Origin: Alphaproteobacteria bacterium
GTDB lineage: Bacteria; Pseudomonadota; Alphaproteobacteria; UBA8366; CAVOAK01
Assembly (NCBI GenBank): GCA_963693665.1
Contig: CAVOAK010000003.1
Location: 1-46,707, forward strand
Direction: 5' to 3'
Length of the DNA stretch: 46,707 nucleotides
The notes beneath the pieces are model-generated. The model was given only the letters and a program-made list of their open reading frames with translations, searched no databases and was not told the DNA's origin. This document shows positions 38,886 to 46,707 of this stretch, piece after piece. Made by a program: the position numbers and the translations under genes. Numbering within the stretch: the first letter of the stretch is position 1; each line of letters begins with the position of its first letter.

Positions 38886-40748
38886 TTAGTAAAGCGCGTC
38901 GACGGCACTCTGGTTGACCGTCACGCCGTATCGTTGCTGCAATTCGGCACGCAATTGCTCAAGCATATCGGTTGAAAACTCGCTGCGAAGCCGCACAGCT
39001 ATCTCATTCTGCACCGATTGTTCTGCTGAGCTTGCAGGTTGAATATCGGCGAGCTGGCCCACAACTGCACCACCGTTTATCTCTACCATCGCCGCAACAC
39101 CGAGTTTGGTTTCGAAAAGGTCGCCGACAATTGAAAGCGGCAACGCATCTCCCGCACCGTTCCCATTTCTGGTGAAAGGCTCACTCGTTACAATAGTGAA
39201 TTTTTGATGACTAGCTTCAGCGCCAAGCGTTTTGCCCGAATTCAACTCTTCAACCAGCCGTTGGGCTTGTTCGACCGCTGCCTCTTGCGCTTTTTCCGAT
39301 TGCCAAGCGCTTATGACCTGCGCGTGTATGCTTGCAAGTGGGCGCAAAGCCGGCGGTCTACTTGCGTCCACTCGGACTATTAGATAGCCACCATCCTCAG
39401 TTTCGGTCAGCGTACTTTCCTCGCCAACCTCCATGTTGAATGCAGTCTCGACAAAACGAGCGCCGTCTGGAAGTGCTTCAATTTGCACTCCATCAGCGTC
39501 GCGGCCATTGCGATCCAGACCGTCAATACGAGCCACACTCAGGCCCAAGCTTGAAGCAGCTTCTTCGATATTTGCCCCGCCGCCCAGCGCATCCTCCAAT
39601 TCATTGGCCGTGCTGTACATCACGTCGATTGCTGACCCTTCAGCAATGGTTTTTTTCAATCTATCACGAAGTTGCTCAAATGAGGGTATCGATCCTGGCT
39701 CGATAGTCGTGACATGGATAAGATGCCAACCGAACGGGCTCTCAACCGGACCCGAAGTCTCACCCACTGCGAGGGAGAATGCTGTCTCGCCAAATTCCAC
39801 AGGCAATTCATTTCTTGAAACGGTTCCAAGAGTGATGTCGTTCCCGCCAGCGAGTCCCTCAGCTACGTCGGTAAAGGCTTCTCCATCGGAGATTCGTGCC
39901 GAGGCATTGATGGCAGCTGCTTCGTCGTCGAGGGGCAACTGCAAGATGGTGCGTCGCTCTGGTGTCGCTAATTCCGCAGCGCGATCATCGTACGCGTCAC
40001 GGAGGTCCTGTTCAGACACTGCGATATCACTCGCAAAATCCAGTGGCATGAAATGCACATAGCTTACGACACGTGATTCGGGCGACGTAAATCGATCCGA
40101 ATTCGCTTTATGGTATGCGTCGAGCGCGCCCTCACTTGGTGTCTTGATTCCATCCGGTGACACGACAACTCTCACAAATTTTGCGACGCGTCGTTCGCCG
40201 CGCCGTTGGTTAAGTTTGTCGGCGAGTGTTGGAGGCGGGGGAATGCCGGGGACAAGGCTGTCGATCACTTGTTCACGGTGAATTTCACGCCTCAAGTCTT
40301 CGACAAAAGCGCCTTCCGAACGTCCATCACGCAATAACGCGTTCTGAAATAGCCCACGATCGAATTGCCCGAACTCATCCCGGAATGCAGTCTGTGATCT
40401 AATTTCAGCGCTCAACGCACTGTCGCTGACAAACACACCGAAGTCTCTGGCCTGCAAATCGTAAAGTCGCTGCGAGATAAGATTATCCAAAAGCCGCACG
40501 TGCAGGCCTAGGCCCTGCGCTTGCTCAGCGCTGATATTGAGTTGACTCAAAGCATTCAATTGGCGTCTAAAGCCGTCGGCAAAAACGCGCGTACTAATCT
40601 CCGAATCACCAACTTCCGCGACCGCAGCATCACGACCGGAATGATCAAACACATCGCCGATGCCCCAGAAGGCAAAACTCGCCATTAGTCCGCCGAAGAA
40701 TATTTTGGCAGGGAGTGATCCCGCCGCCTGCTTGAGTGAATTAAGCAT
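38886..40748 (-). CDS. ppiD: PpiD-like periplasmic chaperone (SurA N-terminal plus rotamase domain)
   Basis: N-terminal TM ending SFAFWGI.D, parvulin-like S.PV.SPFGWH; usual position between trpE and tpiA. Confidence 0.88.
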   Translation of the reverse strand: MLNSLKQAAGSLPAKIFFGGLMASFAFWGIGDVFDHSGRDAAVAEVGDSEISTRVFADGFRRQLNALSQLNISAEQAQGLGLHVRLLDNLISQRLYDLQARDFGVFVSDSALSAEIRSQTAFRDEFGQFDRGLFQNALLRDGRSEGAFVEDLRREIHREQVIDSLVPGIPPPPTLADKLNQRRGERRVAKFVRVVVSPDGIKTPSEGALDAYHKANSDRFTSPESRVVSYVHFMPLDFASDIAVSEQDLRDAYDDRAAELATPERRTILQLPLDDEAAAINASARISDGEAFTDVAEGLAGGNDITLGTVSRNELPVEFGETAFSLAVGETSGPVESPFGWHLIHVTTIEPGSIPSFEQLRDRLKKTIAEGSAIDVMYSTANELEDALGGGANIEEAASSLGLSVARIDGLDRNGRDADGVQIEALPDGARFVETAFNMEVGEESTLTETEDGGYLIVRVDASRPPALRPLASIHAQVISAWQSEKAQEAAVEQAQRLVEELNSGKTLGAEASHQKFTIVTSEPFTRNGNGAGDALPLSIVGDLFETKLGVAAMVEINGGAVVGQLADIQPASSAEQSVQNEIAVRLRSEFSTDMLEQLRAELQQRYGVTVNQSAVDALY

Positions 40749-40956
40749 TTATAAGCTCTAAAAATGCCAAAAATTGGCGCGAGACGCGGCATCATAAGGA
40801 GGCACCTGCAACCTCGCAACTGACAATACGATGACGAAGCTGCAACATCGAGTTTGGTCAAGCAGGGATTGGGGAACAAACTCTAGATGCAACCTTGGCG
40901 ACGAGTGATGTAAGATTTCGATTAGAGAAGACCAAAGGCTGGAGAGAAACAAGGCA

Positions 40957-41724
40957 ATGACAACATCGCGTAAACCTCTGATTGTCGGAAACTGGAAGAT
41001 GAACAAAGTCGGCAGCGAAGCCTTGGATCTTGCGCGTCAGGTCGCCGCCGGCGCAGTTGGACTGAATGTTGACGTGGTGGTCTGCCCACCTAGTCCATAC
41101 CTCCAAGTCGTCGCAGACACCCTTTCAGCGAGCAACGTCTGCGTTGGTGGCCAGGACTGCCACGCCTTGACGAATGGGGCGCATACCGGTGATGTCAGCG
41201 CAGCAATGCTAGGCGACGTTGGGTGTCGCTATGTCGTTGTTGGCCATTCCGAGCGCAGAATTGACCACGGTGAGGATGACAGCACTATCAGAAGTAAGGC
41301 CGAAGCAGCTTGGAGTTCTGGCCTAACCGCAATCATATGTGTTGGAGAATCGCAGGCCGAACGAGATCAAGGTCAAACTCTGGCACGTATCAGCGCACAA
41401 TTGGAATCTTCAGTGCCTAAATCGGCGAACGCAGCAAATACGGTAATCGCCTATGAACCAATTTGGGCAATCGGCAGTGGTGTTACGCCAACACTGGAGA
41501 ATGTGCAGGAAGTTCATAGTCATATACGGATGTACCTCGGCATAACACATAGTTCAGATATGGCTGAACAAGTGCGGGTGCTTTATGGCGGCTCGGTAAA
41601 ACCAGATAATGCACGTGAGTTGTTGGCGCTCGCTGATGTTGATGGCGGGCTTGTCGGCGGAGCGAGCCTCGATGCGAACGGCTTTTTGGCAATTGCCCAG
41701 TCGACCATTGGCGCGATGGAATAG
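40957..41724 (+). CDS. tpiA: Triosephosphate isomerase
   Basis: GNWKMN, GAHTG, GHSERR, AYEPIWAIG, YGGSVK, LVGGASL. Confidence 0.98.
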   Translation: MTTSRKPLIVGNWKMNKVGSEALDLARQVAAGAVGLNVDVVVCPPSPYLQVVADTLSASNVCVGGQDCHALTNGAHTGDVSAAMLGDVGCRYVVVGHSERRIDHGEDDSTIRSKAEAAWSSGLTAIICVGESQAERDQGQTLARISAQLESSVPKSANAANTVIAYEPIWAIGSGVTPTLENVQEVHSHIRMYLGITHSSDMAEQVRVLYGGSVKPDNARELLALADVDGGLVGGASLDANGFLAIAQSTIGAME

Positions 41725-41873
41725 ATATTTACGGCGGGGAGGGCAACCGGCTTTTAGCTTCTAAGTGAGCTCTACGAGCTCAGAAGGACTAGCCACCGCA
41801 GCGTGAAGGCATTAAATATCAACTGCTACTGCCCCGCGCGGGCTTTTCGACCACCCCTGCACCGAGTGCGTTT

Positions 41874-42188
41874 ATGATCACGATTATTCTCGTCATTCAT
41901 TTGATGCTGGCACTGGCGCTCATCGTCGCTGTCTTGTTGCAGCGTAGTGAGGGCGGCGCTCTTGGGATTGGCGGCGGCGGCGGCGGCGGAGGTGGCGGCT
42001 TTGGTTTGATGAGTGCCCGAGGAACAACTAACTTGTTGACCCGCGCTACTGCGGTGCTCGCCGCGTGTTTTATTGCAACGAGTTTATTCCTCGCTATTCT
42101 CGCTGGCGGCACTCGTGAGCCAATATCTATTCTCGATCAGCCGATAAGCGAACAATCCCATCAACCAGCGGTACCTTTATCACAATGA
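41874..42188 (+). CDS. secG: Preprotein translocase subunit SecG
   Basis: Two TM segments, VLLQRSEGG.LG, L.R.T..LA..F; lies between tpiA and pyrG. Confidence 0.93.
   Translation: MITIILVIHLMLALALIVAVLLQRSEGGALGIGGGGGGGGGGFGLMSARGTTNLLTRATAVLAACFIATSLFLAILAGGTREPISILDQPISEQSHQPAVPLSQ
41970..41999 (+). repeat. (GGC)6 microsatellite within a 10-Gly run in the SecG loop
   Basis: GGCGGCGGCGGCGGCGGC GGA GGT GGC GGC. Confidence 0.9.
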
Positions 42189-42228
42189 AGAAACCGGGAC
42201 ACCTGGGCCGCTATCGGCTTGGGTATAA

Positions 42229-43893
<1,665 letters not shown>

Positions 43894-43906
43894 TGCGCGG
43901 TAGTCC

Positions 43907-44752
43907 ATGAGCACCACCAAACATGTCCACGTCGGCAAACTCAAGATTGGGAATGATCTGCCCCTGACGCTCATTGCTGGGCCGTGTGCACTGGAAAGTC
44001 GTGGCCATGCAATGGAGATGAGTCACGCCCTTAAGGAGCTGACCGACGACCTCAATATTGGCCTTATTTACAAAACTTCGTTTGATAAGGCGAACCGCAC
44101 GTCAATCGATGGACCGCGCGGCATGGGAATGAAAGACGCCTTATCAATTTTTTCTGAGATTCGTGAAACAGTTGGGTGCCCCGTCCTGACCGATGTCCAT
44201 AGTCCCGAACAATGTGTTCCTGTCGCCGAAGCGGTAGATGTCTTGCAGATCCCGGCTTATTTGTGCCGTCAGACCGATCTCCTGATTGCCGCTGGCAAAA
44301 CAGGAAAGGCCGTTAACGTCAAAAAGGGGCAGTTTCTCGCTCCATGGGATATGCAGAACGTTGTAAAGAAGCTCGAAGCAACGGGAAATTCTAACATATT
44401 GGTGTGTGAACGAGGGGCCAGCTTTGGCTATAACACCCTCGTTACCGACATACGTTCACTGCCAATTTTAGCAGAAACCGGTTATCCGGTCGTCTTCGAC
44501 GCAACCCATTCTGTACAGCAGCCAGGCGGCGCCGGAACGAGTTCGGGTGGACAACGCGAATTCGTCCCAGTGCTGGCACGAGCGGCCGTCGCGGCCGGCG
44601 TTGCTGCGGTCTTCATGGAAACGCATCAAGATCCAGATAGTGCGCCAAGTGACGGGCCTAATATGTTGAATATCAAAGATTTACCGAAAATACTTTCTAT
44701 ATTGATGGAATTTGATCGGTTGTCGAAAAAATATCCGATTTTTCTTAGCTAA
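43907..44752 (+). CDS. kdsA: KDO 8-phosphate synthase
   Basis: AGPC..ES, FDKANRTS, CRQTDL, KKGQF, ERG.SFGY, FDATHSVQ.PGG, SDGP. Confidence 0.97.
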   Translation: MSTTKHVHVGKLKIGNDLPLTLIAGPCALESRGHAMEMSHALKELTDDLNIGLIYKTSFDKANRTSIDGPRGMGMKDALSIFSEIRETVGCPVLTDVHSPEQCVPVAEAVDVLQIPAYLCRQTDLLIAAGKTGKAVNVKKGQFLAPWDMQNVVKKLEATGNSNILVCERGASFGYNTLVTDIRSLPILAETGYPVVFDATHSVQQPGGAGTSSGGQREFVPVLARAAVAAGVAAVFMETHQDPDSAPSDGPNMLNIKDLPKILSILMEFDRLSKKYPIFLS

Positions 44753-46036
<1,284 letters not shown>

Positions 46037-46197
46037 TAATGCTGCTAATTCCTACCAGATGCGCGGCATTACCTCGGCAATCATACAAGCTCTAGTGTCT
46101 CGGCAATATTTGCCGAAGTAGATAGGCAATTAATTTTCCTAGTATAAGAAATTATTACCTATTGACGCATTTTGGGTTGATGTGATTCCATGTATTA

Positions 46198-46512
46198 ATG
46201 GTCGTACTGCGCGAAATAAGAAGACGTGCGCGTCAAATCGTGTTGCCGGTCCTTGGTACCTGCGTCGTTGTCTATTTTGTTTATCATACAATTCAGGGGG
46301 ACCGCGGTCTTCGCGCCTATGTAAATCTCCGAAAGGAAGTTGAAGAAGCGACGTCAATGGTATCGACCTTAAACGCAGAGCGCGTGATACTTGAGCGGCA
46401 CGTCCGACTCCTGCACCCGAACAGTTTGGATCTCGATATGCTGGAGGAACGAGCGTGGGCAATTCTAAATGCCGCCCACAATGACGATGTCGTAATCTTG
46501 TTTCAGCCGTGA
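46198..46512 (+). CDS. ftsB: Septum formation initiator (FtsB/DivIC family)
   Basis: Single TM, G.RG, coiled coil, LD.D.LEERA; usual position after eno. Confidence 0.88.
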   Translation: MVVLREIRRRARQIVLPVLGTCVVVYFVYHTIQGDRGLRAYVNLRKEVEEATSMVSTLNAERVILERHVRLLHPNSLDLDMLEERAWAILNAAHNDDVVILFQP

Positions 46513-46680
46513 AAATATTGGCATCGCACTGGCAAAATATACTTACTATGCACGCTTATTAATCTGCTGTGTTCGAACCGGTTTCTTTAAAACGAAACCT
46601 TGTCAAATTCCACATCGCGTGTACCTTAACTTGAATTAAAAATACGGGCGGATTCATGTCCGCCGCGATGGGGAGCCTAA

Positions 46681-46707
46681 ATGGCAAAATTAGGCGGCAA
46701 GCAAAAA
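46681..46707 (+). CDS. Start of a CDS cut by the window end (probably pyruvate dehydrogenase E1 alpha, by synteny only)
   Basis: GGGAG SD then ATG 46681 (MAKLGGKQK...); pdhA commonly follows eno-ftsB in Alphaproteobacteria. Confidence 0.4.

Noticed and set aside
39433-40062. 209-aa ORF antisense to ppiD, and the other nested antisense ORFs in the track
   Set aside because: Ser/Ala/Pro-rich composition typical of reverse-strand shadows of real genes.
41725-41873. tRNA near tpiA/secG
   Set aside because: No cloverleaf, T-loop GTTCRA or CCA pattern visible.
46626-46639. Possible CtrA box
   Set aside because: TTAA-N6-TTAA; the CtrA consensus needs a 7-nt spacer.

Overview
Core-genome segment of an alphaproteobacterium (gene order and protein style suggest a Rhodospirillales-like lineage; this placement is inference). 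It carries coaX-rnj-mce-DUF1467-tag-hypothetical-proS-lolE-lolD-dnaE; the rpsB-tsf-pyrH-frr-uppS-cdsA-rseP-bamA-skp-lpxD-fabZ-lpxA-lpxI-lpxB-gloA cluster; minus-strand gltA, gltX, lexA, moeA, moaC, trpC, trpD, trpG; a Cu(I)-type P1B ATPase and a divergent polysaccharide deacetylase between trpG and trpE; then trpE, ppiD, tpiA, secG, pyrG, kdsA, eno, ftsB and the first codons of a further gene (probably pdhA). I see no rRNA, tRNA, CRISPR array, integrase or transposase, and no convincing new multi-gene system. The notable signals are departures from conserved synteny and signs of gene erosion: no dxr between cdsA and rseP, a short comEC C-terminal remnant between gltX and lexA, a frameshifted cupin gene, a frameshifted secreted-protein gene, an RNase J without its C-terminal domain, and an orphan, possibly leaderless copper ATPase. 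Regulatory elements visible by eye include paired LexA boxes, the rpsB promoter and leader, and several intergenic hairpins. All product calls come from motif recognition and synteny, not database searches.
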